A stretch of DNA of 64,000 bases from Bacillota bacterium (GTDB taxonomy: Bacteria > Bacillota > DTU025): NCBI GenBank assembly GCA_050951805.1, contig JBMNJT010000008.1, forward strand, positions 192,001-256,000, read 5' to 3'. Position 1 is the stretch's first letter. Each line of letters begins with the position of its first letter. Shown piece by piece: positions 37,643 through 47,219 of the stretch. The notes under the pieces are model-generated. The model worked only from the letters and a program-made list of their open reading frames with translations, was not told the origin of the DNA and searched no databases. The position numbers were made by a program, and so were the translations under genes.

Positions 37643-39478
37643 ATGGCGATTACGTCGAGGGAAGAACTGAACGCCTGTGCTGACCAGTTCCGCAAGGAAC
37701 TTGCGTCCAAGAAGAAACGAGTACTTGTCTGCGCGGGCACGGGGTGTCTGGCCAACGGCTCCGCCAAGGTTTTGCAGGAGTTTGAAAGGCTTTCGGTTGA
37801 TGCCGTAGGTGTCACAAAAAGCGGGTGTCATGGCTTTTGTGAAGCGGGGCCTTTGGTGAGGATCGAGCCCGACCACATACTGTATGTACACGTGAAGCCT
37901 GAGGATGTAGAGGAAATAGTCGAGAAGACTCTAAAGCTGGGGGAGCCGGTGGAGCGTCTGCTCTATCACCATCCGGTTACCGGGAAAGCGTATCTAGGCG
38001 AGGGCGACATACCTTTTTACAAGAGCCAAACCAGGGTTGCTTTGGCAAATTGCGGGGCCATCGACCCCGATGACATAAGAGAATACATCGCTCTTGGCGG
38101 GTACAAGGCCCTTGCCAGGGCTGTGGTAGATCTTACGCCTGAGGAGATCATCGAAGAGATCCTCGAAAGCGGGCTCAGAGGGCGTGGGGGAGGAGGGTTC
38201 CCCACTGGGCGGAAATGGATGTTTGCGCAGGCCGCCGAGGGCAGCGAGAAGTATATAGTCTGCAATGGCGACGAGGGAGATCCCGGCGCTTTCATGGACC
38301 GAAGCGTCATGGAAGGTGATCCTCACCGAGTTATAGAGGGCTTGGCCATTGCTGCAAGGGCGATTGGCGCATCCCACGGCTACGTCTATGTCAGGGCTGA
38401 ATATCCGTTGGCTGTGGCGCGCTTGCAGAACGCGGTGAAACAAGCTAGAGAACTGGGCTTGCTAGGAGAGGGGATATTTGGGACCGAATTTGCCTTCGAT
38501 GTGACTATCAAGGAGGGCGCCGGCGCTTTTGTGTGCGGAGAAGAGACGGCTCTCCTAGCATCCATCGAGGGGAAACGAGGCATGCCCCGACCCCGTCCGC
38601 CCTTTCCTGCGCACGAGGGCCTGTATGGTAAGCCTACTGTCATAAATAACGTTGAGACTTTGGCAACTGTCCCTCCTATCATGCTCCATGGGCCTTCATG
38701 GTTCCGCAGCATCGGGGGGGAGACGAGTCCGGGGACGAAGACATTTGCCATAACGGGCCAGGTGGCCAATACCGGACTGATCGAGGTTCCGATGGGTGCG
38801 ACTTTGAGGGAAGTCGTCTTCGACATCGGCGGTGGCGTGCGGACTGGCCGGGCATTCAAGGCTGCGCAGATAGGCGGGCCATCAGGAGGGTGCCTGCCGG
38901 CTGAGCTACTTGATACTCCACTCGAGTACGACGCTCTGGCAAAGGTTGGCGCGATGGTAGGTTCCGGTGGTCTGGTGATCATGGATGAAGGAACCTGTAT
39001 GGTTGAGGTGGCACGCTTTTTCATGAAGTTCACGCAACACGAATCCTGCGGGAAGTGTGTGCCGTGTCGTGAGGGAACCAAGAGGATGCTTGAGATCCTC
39101 GAGAAAATCGTGGCCGGGCGTGCAACCATGGAGGACCTTGATAACTTGGAGGAGATCGCGTGGGTCGTCAAGGAGAGTTCCTTGTGCGGCCTGGGCAAGA
39201 CTGCTCCGAATCCGGTCCTTACCACGTTGCGGTATTTCCGCGATGAATACGTTGCTCATATAGTGGACAAAGAATGTCCAGCCGGCGTGTGCGTGGCCTT
39301 TAAGCATTATTCCATCGACCCGGAGCTGTGCAAAGGCTGCGGCAAGTGCAAGAGGTCGTGCCCTGCCGGGGCCATCAGCGGCGAGGTGAAGAATCCCCAC
39401 GTTATAGATGTGGATAAGTGTATCAAGTGTGGAGCGTGCGCTGGAAATTGTCCGTTCGGTGCTATCTCACTGCGATGA
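37643..39478 (+). CDS. hydB: Electron-bifurcating hydrogenase beta subunit (NuoF-like)
   Basis: GLRGRGGGGFPTG, NGDEGDPGAFMDR, FVCGEETAL, ESCGKCVPCREG, C-terminal 2x[4Fe-4S]. Confidence 0.92.
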   Translation: MAITSREELNACADQFRKELASKKKRVLVCAGTGCLANGSAKVLQEFERLSVDAVGVTKSGCHGFCEAGPLVRIEPDHILYVHVKPEDVEEIVEKTLKLGEPVERLLYHHPVTGKAYLGEGDIPFYKSQTRVALANCGAIDPDDIREYIALGGYKALARAVVDLTPEEIIEEILESGLRGRGGGGFPTGRKWMFAQAAEGSEKYIVCNGDEGDPGAFMDRSVMEGDPHRVIEGLAIAARAIGASHGYVYVRAEYPLAVARLQNAVKQARELGLLGEGIFGTEFAFDVTIKEGAGAFVCGEETALLASIEGKRGMPRPRPPFPAHEGLYGKPTVINNVETLATVPPIMLHGPSWFRSIGGETSPGTKTFAITGQVANTGLIEVPMGATLREVVFDIGGGVRTGRAFKAAQIGGPSGGCLPAELLDTPLEYDALAKVGAMVGSGGLVIMDEGTCMVEVARFFMKFTQHESCGKCVPCREGTKRMLEILEKIVAGRATMEDLDNLEEIAWVVKESSLCGLGKTAPNPVLTTLRYFRDEYVAHIVDKECPAGVCVAFKHYSIDPELCKGCGKCKRSCPAGAISGEVKNPHVIDVDKCIKCGACAGNCPFGAISLR

Positions 39479-39498
39479 CCGGGGGAGGGCGGAAATCA

Positions 39499-41541
39499 AT
39501 GTCTGCACAACAGATGGTAACAATAGACGGTCTGGCCGTTCCTATAGAGGGCGAGCGCAATCTGCTGGAGCTCATACGCAAGGCGGGAATAGATCTTCCT
39601 ACATTCTGCTACCACTCCGAGCTCTCCGTTTACGGAGCATGCAGGATGTGTGTGGTGGAGATCGAGAACAGAGGGGTAGTGGCGTCCTGCACGGTGCCGC
39701 CTCAGCCCGGCATGGTGGTGACCACCAACACCGAGAAGCTGAGGACAATAAGGAGGACGATAATAGAGCTTCTCCTGGCTAACCATGACCGTGACTGCAC
39801 TACGTGTAGCAAGAACGGGGCGTGCATGCTTCAGGACCTGGCCAGGCGTTTCGGCGTGACGAACGTTAGGTTTGGACAAGCAGACGAGAGGCGTCGCCTC
39901 GACAGGTCTACGCCGGCTATAGTGCGCGACCCGAATAAGTGCATTCTCTGTGGAGACTGCGTGCGTGTATGCGGCGAGGTGCAAGGCATAGGGGTTTTGG
40001 ACTTCGCATACCGCGGTTCATATTCCATGGTGACGCCAGCTTTCGGAAAAGAGCTGGCTGATGTAGATTGTGTCCAGTGTGGGCAGTGCGCCAGTGTATG
40101 TCCGACCGCCGCAATAACTATCCACTCGTCCACAGATGAGGTGTGGAAAGCAATACATGACAAGAATAAGACGGTGGTGGCTCAGGTTGCCCCGGCTGTG
40201 AGGGTAGCCCTTGGAGAAGAGTTTGGGCATGCGCCAGGCTGGGCTGAACCTGGCAAGGTTGTGGCTGCCTTGAAGAAGATCGGGTTCGATCTCGTCTTCG
40301 ACACTTCATTCACTGCCGACCTTACGGTTGTGGAGGAGACCGCGGAGTTCTTGGAGAGGATCTCATCGGGCAACGAGGGGCGTTTGCCGCAGTTTACTTC
40401 ATGTTGCCCTGCATGGGTGAAATATGTCGAGCAGTATCACCCGGAGTATCTTTCGAACCTATCGTCATGCAGGTCGCCACAGCAGATGTTCGGCGCCTTG
40501 GCCCGGACATATCTCCCGGCCCAACTGCGTGTGGAGCCCGAGGAGATATACGTGGTTTCGGTGATGCCGTGCACGGCGAAGAAGTTTGAGGCGACGAGGA
40601 ATGAGTTTGTTTCAGACGGCAAGCCTGATGTGGACGCTGTCATCACCACACAGGAACTTGCCCGCATGATACGGGAGGCCGGGGTCAGGTTCGATGATCT
40701 TCCTGTTGAGCCGTTTGACCTTCCCATGGGGATGGCTACAGGCGCAGGGATGATTTTCGGGAATACAGGCGGGGTTGCCGAGGCCGTGCTCCGAGCCGCT
40801 TCTGATATACTAGAGCCCAACAAGGCTGTTGGGGCGGGCAGCAACAGGAGAATCGTATTTGATGAGGTGCGAGGAGTCGACGGTGTCCGGGAGGCTAGCT
40901 TGACTCTGGGCGGACGCGAGGTAAGGCTTGCAGTCGCCCACTCGCTGGGAGCGGCGGCGCAGGTGCTTGAAAGGATCAAGTCGGGCGAGGCCGAGTATGA
41001 CCTTGTTGAGATCATGGCGTGTCCCGGAGGGTGCATCGGAGGCGCCGGACAACCCAACCCGTCCCATTTGGAAGTTAGGAAGAAAAGGTCAAAGGCCCTA
41101 TATGACGTGGATACCATGCAGATGTTGCGGAGAGCGCACGACAATCCGTTCGTGAAGCAGCTATACGATAAATTCCTGGGTGAACCGTGTGGCGAGACGT
41201 CGCATGAGTTGCTCCACACCGATTACGGCGAGCGCAGACGCATAAAGGGAGAGACTATCAAGCTCTCCTCAGAGGAAGTGGCCGGTCAGATCGATGTAGG
41301 CGTGTGCGTAGGCACGTGCTGCTATCTGAATGGATCGTACGATCTTCTCAAGGGCTTGATGGAAAAGGTTAACAAGGCGGGGATAGAAGACAAGGTAAAC
41401 CTTCATGCCACGTTTTGTTTCGAGAATTGCGAGCATAGTCCTAATATCCAGATTGACGGAGGCATAATATCCGGAGTTAGCGAAGACGACATCGAGAGGA
41501 TATTTAGAGAGGAAATCATGTCCCGCCTCGAGGAGCAATAG
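39499..41541 (+). CDS. hydA: [FeFe]-hydrogenase catalytic subunit (group A3) with C-terminal [2Fe-2S] domain
   Basis: FTSCCPAW, MPCTAKKFE, EIMACPGGCIGGAGQP, N-terminal FeS clusters, C-terminal VCVGTCC...FCFENC. Confidence 0.95.
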   Translation: MSAQQMVTIDGLAVPIEGERNLLELIRKAGIDLPTFCYHSELSVYGACRMCVVEIENRGVVASCTVPPQPGMVVTTNTEKLRTIRRTIIELLLANHDRDCTTCSKNGACMLQDLARRFGVTNVRFGQADERRRLDRSTPAIVRDPNKCILCGDCVRVCGEVQGIGVLDFAYRGSYSMVTPAFGKELADVDCVQCGQCASVCPTAAITIHSSTDEVWKAIHDKNKTVVAQVAPAVRVALGEEFGHAPGWAEPGKVVAALKKIGFDLVFDTSFTADLTVVEETAEFLERISSGNEGRLPQFTSCCPAWVKYVEQYHPEYLSNLSSCRSPQQMFGALARTYLPAQLRVEPEEIYVVSVMPCTAKKFEATRNEFVSDGKPDVDAVITTQELARMIREAGVRFDDLPVEPFDLPMGMATGAGMIFGNTGGVAEAVLRAASDILEPNKAVGAGSNRRIVFDEVRGVDGVREASLTLGGREVRLAVAHSLGAAAQVLERIKSGEAEYDLVEIMACPGGCIGGAGQPNPSHLEVRKKRSKALYDVDTMQMLRRAHDNPFVKQLYDKFLGEPCGETSHELLHTDYGERRRIKGETIKLSSEEVAGQIDVGVCVGTCCYLNGSYDLLKGLMEKVNKAGIEDKVNLHATFCFENCEHSPNIQIDGGIISGVSEDDIERIFREEIMSRLEEQ

Positions 41542-41556
41542 GCGAGGGGTGGTTTA

Positions 41557-42201
41557 GTGTCTGATTCATGTATTCTAATGTCAAGGGCGACTTTGGCGAG
41601 ATTGCCGTTCTATTATCGGAAAGTGTTGGCGCATGCTCAATCTGGGCACGATAGGATCTCCTCTGCCCAGCTTGCTGAAGGCCTTAGCATCGACTCTGCT
41701 CAGGTTCGTCGTGACATCTCTTCAATTGGCGATTTTGGAAGAGCGGGTATTGGCTACAATCTGCCTGAGCTTATCGAGGCGCTCGAGGAGATACTAGGGA
41801 TCAAGAATCGGACTGAAGCGGTCTTGGTTGGTGTCGGACGTCTCGGGTCTGCACTTTTCAGATACCCTGGCTTCAAGGACTATGGGCTCAAGATTGTGGC
41901 CTTGTTCGATTCGGATCCCGAGAAAGTAGGGACGGAGCTAGATGGCACGTTGGTGCGTCATGTGTCAGAGATACCGCATGTGACCGAGAGGTTGTCGATC
42001 CAGATGGGGATAATTACTGTGCCTGGAAAGAGTGCCCAGGATGTGGCCGATCTCCTGTGTGACGCAGGTGTGATAGCTATCTGGAACTTTGCGCCTGTGG
42101 GGCTAAAGACCCCGCCGCATGTGATGGTCAGGGATGAAGATTTAGCAGCTGGGTTGGCATATCTGTCTAGGCACATAGTCGTCTCTACTTCCAGCGAATA
42201 G
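41557..42201 (+). CDS. rex: Redox-sensing transcriptional repressor Rex
   Basis: RLPFYYR, ISSAQLA, QVRRDIS, GIGY, VGVGRLGSAL, IWNFAP. Confidence 0.93.
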   Translation: MSDSCILMSRATLARLPFYYRKVLAHAQSGHDRISSAQLAEGLSIDSAQVRRDISSIGDFGRAGIGYNLPELIEALEEILGIKNRTEAVLVGVGRLGSALFRYPGFKDYGLKIVALFDSDPEKVGTELDGTLVRHVSEIPHVTERLSIQMGIITVPGKSAQDVADLLCDAGVIAIWNFAPVGLKTPPHVMVRDEDLAAGLAYLSRHIVVSTSSE

Positions 42202-42395
42202 TCAAAGAAGGAAATACAAGCGAGTTTGTGGAAACATTCCGGGGCAATCGTGCACACGGCGCGGTTGCCCCGGAAACGTTTCTTCTGTGATTGTTGGCAG
42301 GCCCAATTCCCTTGGTCACGCGCGAGCGGTCGTGTCTGCATGCTTTAAGATTGCGGTCATCGGCTCTCAAAGGCCATGATGGAGGTTAACCCGAT

Positions 42396-43739
42396 TTGAA
42401 CGGCATTCACATCTTTCACAGAAACCGACTCGGGGCTAGCTGCCCAAAGCAGTACGTCCTATCGGCAGTTATCATTCTTGCAGGCATCATTGTAGCATCG
42501 CATTCGGCATGTGCAACGGATGCGGCATCTTCCGGCAAAACTGTGTTTGTGCGAGTGGGTATACCCTGCAATGGCCAGGTAACACTGGGCTCTGGAACGG
42601 CAGGAGAGCTCCTGCAGATAGGCGAAGACCTCAAGCTTGACCATGCCCAATTCTGCGTGGGCGAGGATGGAGAGATAGCATGCATTGGGCCTGATGGGGC
42701 CCGCAAGGACCTGCATGCTCCGATCCTGGTCCACTTGGCAAAAGAGGTGGAGGAGGCTGGCGGGCAGGAGGCCGCGCTCATATGGCTCGACAATGCCAAA
42801 GCCGTCTACAAGGGGTCATTCGAGCTTTCCGTCGATTCGAAGGGAGGCCTGTCCGTAGTCAACATTGTTGTGCTTGAGGATTATGTTGCTGGCGTGGTGC
42901 CATATGAAATCGGGGCGTCTTCTCCATACGAGGCGTTGCGAGCCCAGGCGGTAGTGGCGCGAACTGAGGCTCTAGGCGGCTTGGGACGTCATTCGTCTCA
43001 AGGGTTCGATCTTTGCGCGACGACGCACTGCCAGGTATACAAGGGAGCTGGCGCAGAGCTTGCCAATCCCATGGTCAGGCAGGCAGTGGATTCCACTTCG
43101 GGAGAGGTTATCTTCTATGGGGATGTTCCCGCGAAAGCGGCGAATTATCATGCGTGCTGTGGGGGCTTCACTGAGAGCCCGGGCGATTTGTGGGGAACAG
43201 ATGTTCCATACATGCATACAGTGAGATGCAATGGAGAGATTGATGCCTGTGGTGATGGCGTGTATATGTCGGAGGAGGACGTTCGTAACTGGATCGAAAC
43301 ACCTGATCCCAAAGATTACTGCTACGGGTCGAATGGCTACCGGTGGAGCGTAGTCTATTCTCAGGAGGCGCTTGCTGAGATCTTGCAGCCGGTGATCGGG
43401 CGGGGCGCATGTGTTGAGTCATTGGAAGTTGCGGCGAGGACGCCGAGGGGCGCTGCTGTGCGGTTGGTAATCCATACGTCCTCAGGCGATTTCGAGGTGT
43501 CTGGCGAATACGCGATAAGGTCGGCTTTAGGCGGAACCCAATCTGTCAAAAGTGGAGTATTCGTGGTGAACGCATACGGGGATGCTCCTGCGAAGTTCGA
43601 GCTTGTGGGCGCCGGCTATGGGCACGGGGTCGGAATGTGCCAGTATGGTGCGAGGGCCATGGCTAAGCAGGGATATGATTACAAAGCTATCCTGGAGAAA
43701 TATTATCCAGGGGCGACTGTTGGAGCATTTAGACCGTAA
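42396..43739 (+). CDS. SpoIID/LytB-domain protein
   Basis: LEDYVAGVVPYE, EALRAQAVVART, CQVY, YHACCGG, GYGHGVGMCQYGA, ILEKYYPG. Confidence 0.9.
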   Translation: MNGIHIFHRNRLGASCPKQYVLSAVIILAGIIVASHSACATDAASSGKTVFVRVGIPCNGQVTLGSGTAGELLQIGEDLKLDHAQFCVGEDGEIACIGPDGARKDLHAPILVHLAKEVEEAGGQEAALIWLDNAKAVYKGSFELSVDSKGGLSVVNIVVLEDYVAGVVPYEIGASSPYEALRAQAVVARTEALGGLGRHSSQGFDLCATTHCQVYKGAGAELANPMVRQAVDSTSGEVIFYGDVPAKAANYHACCGGFTESPGDLWGTDVPYMHTVRCNGEIDACGDGVYMSEEDVRNWIETPDPKDYCYGSNGYRWSVVYSQEALAEILQPVIGRGACVESLEVAARTPRGAAVRLVIHTSSGDFEVSGEYAIRSALGGTQSVKSGVFVVNAYGDAPAKFELVGAGYGHGVGMCQYGARAMAKQGYDYKAILEKYYPGATVGAFRP

Positions 43740-43874
43740 AAGGACGGCCTGTGTAGGTTCGAGCCGATTCTATGCGTCATGTTGGATGTTGCGCAGTCTG
43801 GGGTGGATGTCCGGATAATGTCGGTCGGGAGTTGGCGCGGGCCGGTTCCGATCGTTTGAGGGTGATATGGGGCA

Positions 43875-44447
43875 ATGAACGATTTGCGCGAGCGCGTTCG
43901 TGCTGGCGACAGAAACGCCCTGGAGCAGCTTTTCGCCGAAAACATCGAGACGGTCTCGAAGATGGCATCGAGCATCGCCGGGGCCCGCTGCGACATAGAG
44001 GACATGGTTCAGGAGGCTCTGCTCCGAGCCGTTCGCTCTATCCGGAACTTTCGGTGGGAATGCTCTTTCTCCACATGGCTTTACAGGATCTTGGTCAACG
44101 TAAACAAGGATTTTGTGCGAAAGGCGGGCTCTGCTGAGATCGTTTCCCTCGATCAGCTGGCCGAACAGAGCGATGATGCGCTGCCTTGTGTGCGCTCCGA
44201 GGTCGGACAGCCTGAAGAGGAGGCCATTCGGCAAGAGGAGTGCGAAACTTTGGCCGAAGCAATCCGGGCTTTGCCGCGCCTTGACAGCTCTGTTCTGTGG
44301 ATGAGAGAGGCGCTGAACCTGTCATACGCAGAAATAGCCGACAACCTTGGGTGTTCTGTCGAAAGCGTACGTTCGAGGCTATGGAGAGCTCGGAGGCGGT
44401 TGCGGGAGAACATGGCATTGCTAATTCCAGAGCATGTCCCGCAGTGA
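43875..44447 (+). CDS. ECF RNA polymerase sigma factor
   Basis: EDMVQEALL, FSTWLYRI, LSYAEIA, SVRSRLWRARRRL. Confidence 0.9.
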   Translation: MNDLRERVRAGDRNALEQLFAENIETVSKMASSIAGARCDIEDMVQEALLRAVRSIRNFRWECSFSTWLYRILVNVNKDFVRKAGSAEIVSLDQLAEQSDDALPCVRSEVGQPEEEAIRQEECETLAEAIRALPRLDSSVLWMREALNLSYAEIADNLGCSVESVRSRLWRARRRLRENMALLIPEHVPQ

Positions 44448-44473
44448 CACTTTACTCCCGTTCCCCCGTCTAA
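44445..44473 (+). promoter_or_regulatory. ECF-type promoter upstream of degV
   Basis: TGACAC-N16-CGTCTAA, resembling SigW/M/V-type TGAAAC-N16-CGTC. Confidence 0.5.
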
Positions 44474-44497
44474 CTGTTTTGGAGGGGGGAATCATCT

Positions 44498-45337
44498 TTG
44501 GCGAGGGTCGGAATTGTCACAGACAGCTCCAATGGCATACCACCTGAGGTAATCGATGAATACGGGATAACCGTAGTGCCGATCCAGGTCCAGTTCGGCG
44601 CCGAGTCATTCAAGGAAGGCGTGGATCTTCCGTGCGATAAGTTTTACAGGCTTATTGAAGAACCTGTGCTGCCCACTACATCGCAACCCGCACCGGGTGA
44701 TTTTGTCAATGCATACAGAAGCTTAGTGGGACAATGCGACGAGATTCTTTCGATTCACCTATCATCAAAAGCGAGCGGCACGTGTCAATCTGCGAGGCTG
44801 GCGGCTGAGATGATCGAGGGCGTCAAGATAACCATAGTTGACACACAGACTGCAAGCATGGGCACGGGCCTTTTGACAATAGCTGCAGCCGAGGCTGCCA
44901 AAGAAGGAAAAAGCTCAGATGAGATCATTGACCTCATGCACAGGGGCGCAGATGGGACACATGTGTTTGTTGCCCTTCCAACCTTGAAATACTTGCGCCG
45001 CAGCGGCAGGGTTCCGCAGGTGCAGGCTTGGGTTGCATCACTCCTTTCGATCAACCCCATACTTACTACGCATGACGGTGTGGTCGAAGCCGTCGAACGA
45101 GTTCGGACATTCCGCGGTTCGGTAAGGCGAATGATAGAGCTTGCGGCGGAGGCCTGTGGTGGCCGCGCAAAAAGGGTTGTGTTGATGCATGCTAACGCGA
45201 TCGAGGATGCCCAAGGCTTGCTGGATGAAGTGCAATCAAGGATTTCCTTCGAGCGGATCTACTTCTCTGAAATGGGAGGATCTATGGCAGTGCATGGGGG
45301 CGCAGGGATGTTGGGAATAGCTTTTTCGCAAGTATAG
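44498..45337 (+). CDS. DegV family fatty-acid-binding protein
   Basis: IVTDS, PTTSQP, SSKASGT, LKYLRRSGR, VHGGAG. Confidence 0.92.
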   Translation: MARVGIVTDSSNGIPPEVIDEYGITVVPIQVQFGAESFKEGVDLPCDKFYRLIEEPVLPTTSQPAPGDFVNAYRSLVGQCDEILSIHLSSKASGTCQSARLAAEMIEGVKITIVDTQTASMGTGLLTIAAAEAAKEGKSSDEIIDLMHRGADGTHVFVALPTLKYLRRSGRVPQVQAWVASLLSINPILTTHDGVVEAVERVRTFRGSVRRMIELAAEACGGRAKRVVLMHANAIEDAQGLLDEVQSRISFERIYFSEMGGSMAVHGGAGMLGIAFSQV

Positions 45338-45413
45338 GGGTCCTTAAGGCACGCGCGGAAGTTGTGCGATGCCTTCAGCTAGAAATGGTGATGTTCTCGG
45401 TGCCGGACATCAT

Positions 45414-45442
45414 TTGCGAACTTCGCCGTTTAGGCGTATAAT
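45414..45442 (+). promoter_or_regulatory. SigA-type promoter of tRNA-Arg
   Basis: TTGCGA-N17-TATAAT. Confidence 0.7.
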
Positions 45443-45461
45443 ACACTCGAACAGTTGGAAC

Positions 45462-45536
45462 GCGCCTATAGCTCAGTGGATAGAGCACTGGCCTCCGGAG
45501 CCAGTTGCGCAGGTTCAATTCCTGCTAGGCGCGCCA
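45462..45536 (+). tRNA. tRNA-Arg (CCG)
   Basis: GCGCCTA/TAGGCGC acceptor stem, CTGGC-CTCCGGA-GCCAG anticodon arm, GCAGG-TTCAATT-CCTGC, CCA end. Confidence 0.97.
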
Positions 45537-45547
45537 TTTATTTGAGT

Positions 45548-45580
45548 CCCTCTGCAGATCGGCAGAGGGCTATTATTTTC
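45548..45580 (+). terminator. Terminator after tRNA-Arg
   Basis: CCCTCTGC-AGATCG-GCAGAGGG followed by a T-rich tract. Confidence 0.7.
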
Positions 45581-45726
45581 GTGGAGTCGGCCATATTTCA
45601 CGGCGTTCCCGGAGAAGTTGGTGAGTAGCTCTACAGTTTTCGAGATATTCTGTAACATTACGAAGGCAATTTCAGATGGCGTGTCGATGGATATGACATA
45701 ATCGCGTGTAAATTATGTCCAATTGA

Positions 45727-45754
45727 GCAGGGACTCGCATTCCCCTCGTAGAAT
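45727..45754 (+). promoter_or_regulatory. SigH-like promoter of the Spo0A-family gene
   Basis: GCAGGG-N18-GAAT, like the sigma-H consensus AGGA-N18-GAAT. Confidence 0.5.
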
Positions 45755-45813
45755 GGTCCATTCGCGTTAATTTTACGCGCTTCAAACAACTACGGCAATA
45801 GGGGGGAAGAAGC

Positions 45814-46647
45814 TTGATTGGGAGAAAAACTAGGGTTCTAGTCGTCGAGAACAACAAGGACCTGTGCGAAGTCATCGAGGCAATGCTGAAAGAAGAGGAC
45901 GACATAGAACTGGCCGGAACGGCCTATGACGGGATCCAGGCTTTGGAGATGATACCCAAGACCCAACCGGACGTTATCCTCCTCGACATCATCATGCCGT
46001 ATCTCGATGGAATGGAGGTTCTGGCCCGCTTGGATGAAACGGGCGTCGAGGAACGCCCGAAGGTCGTTATGCTTTCGGCATTTGAAGAAGAAGAGATGGT
46101 CAGGAGATGTGCTCGTCTCGGAGCGGATTACTATCTTCTTAAACCTTTTGATAGGGACAACCTTATCAACCGGATACGGCAGGTAGTCAGCGCTGAACCG
46201 CTTGCCCCAAAACCCAAGACGGATAGGGCTTACGCCTCGCGGGAGAGGGCGCGTGAAGTCGACCGGAAGCCCAGGGGCGCGCAGTTCGATCTGGAAACGG
46301 AGACTACAAGGATTCTTTATAACTTGGGTGTGCCCACCTACTTCAAAGGCTACTCCTACATAAAAGAAGCAATAATGCTCGTCACACGCGACATCGGGCT
46401 CTTGGGCGCGGTCACGAAGTCGCTCTATCCGAAAGTTGCCGAAAAGCACGGCACCACTCCCCTCATAGTCGAGGCCGCTATAAGGTACACAATACAAAAG
46501 ACATGGAAACAGGGAAACCCTGAATACATCAACAAGATCTTTGGCTATGCCGTGAACCTACGAGAAGGAAAACCGCCGACCAACTCGTTTTTCATTGCCA
46601 AAATCGCAGAGGAGCTCCGCCTGGAAATGCTTGAGTGCGCGCAGTAA
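45814..46647 (+). CDS. spo0A: Spo0A-family response regulator, divergent (possible paralogue)
   Basis: Receiver LLDIIMPYLDG, KPFD; C-terminal GVP..KGY, TKSLYP, FGY, PTNSFFIA; recognition helix LIVEAAIR. Confidence 0.8.
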   Translation: MIGRKTRVLVVENNKDLCEVIEAMLKEEDDIELAGTAYDGIQALEMIPKTQPDVILLDIIMPYLDGMEVLARLDETGVEERPKVVMLSAFEEEEMVRRCARLGADYYLLKPFDRDNLINRIRQVVSAEPLAPKPKTDRAYASRERAREVDRKPRGAQFDLETETTRILYNLGVPTYFKGYSYIKEAIMLVTRDIGLLGAVTKSLYPKVAEKHGTTPLIVEAAIRYTIQKTWKQGNPEYINKIFGYAVNLREGKPPTNSFFIAKIAEELRLEMLECAQ

Positions 46648-46792
46648 GTCTGCTATGCAATGAAATGGGCGAACCCGCGGCGGGCCTTCGGTTCGCCGCT
46701 GTTTGCTTTGCATACGCAGCCCGCGGATAGATCCACGGCAACGCGAGTTCGCAGACTTCCTTCTATTGTGCCTGCTGTGACTTCTTCTATCG

Positions 46793-46822
46793 TTGCACCA
46801 GACCATGTATTTGTAGTATAAT
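46793..46822 (+). promoter_or_regulatory. SigA-type promoter of the V/A-ATPase operon
   Basis: TTGCAC-N18-TATAAT. Confidence 0.55.
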
Positions 46823-46892
46823 CCCGGATGAGTCCATGCAACAATGTGTAGTGCATGGGTCCTTTCTGCTCGATGTGGGGGTGTTGTTGGCA

Positions 46893-47219
46893 TTGAGCAT
46901 CGAGGCGATAGATGAGATCCGTGATGTTGAAAGCCAGGCAGACGAGATCGTGCGCGCTGCGATTGAGGAAGCTAGGGCTCGAGTGGCCGCAGCGGAGGAG
47001 AGAGCCAGAGAGTCTGTTGTAGAGGCCGAACGTTCGGCCATGGCTGAGGCAGCCAGGGTAGAGGACGAATCGCGCGCTCGTACGGCGGCCGAGGCTGACA
47101 AGGCGAAGAAGCAAGTTGAGTCCAAGGTGAAGGAATTAGACGGTATAGCGAGATCAAACTGGGACAAGGCTCTGAAGTCGGCCGCTGGGAAGGTGTTGAG
47201 TTCTATTGGCGATCTCTGA
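46893..47219 (+). CDS. V/A-type ATPase subunit H/G (start approximate)
   Basis: Ala/Glu-rich coiled coil (IEAIDEIRDVESQADEIV), first gene of the operon. Confidence 0.8.
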   Translation: MSIEAIDEIRDVESQADEIVRAAIEEARARVAAAEERARESVVEAERSAMAEAARVEDESRARTAAEADKAKKQVESKVKELDGIARSNWDKALKSAAGKVLSSIGDL

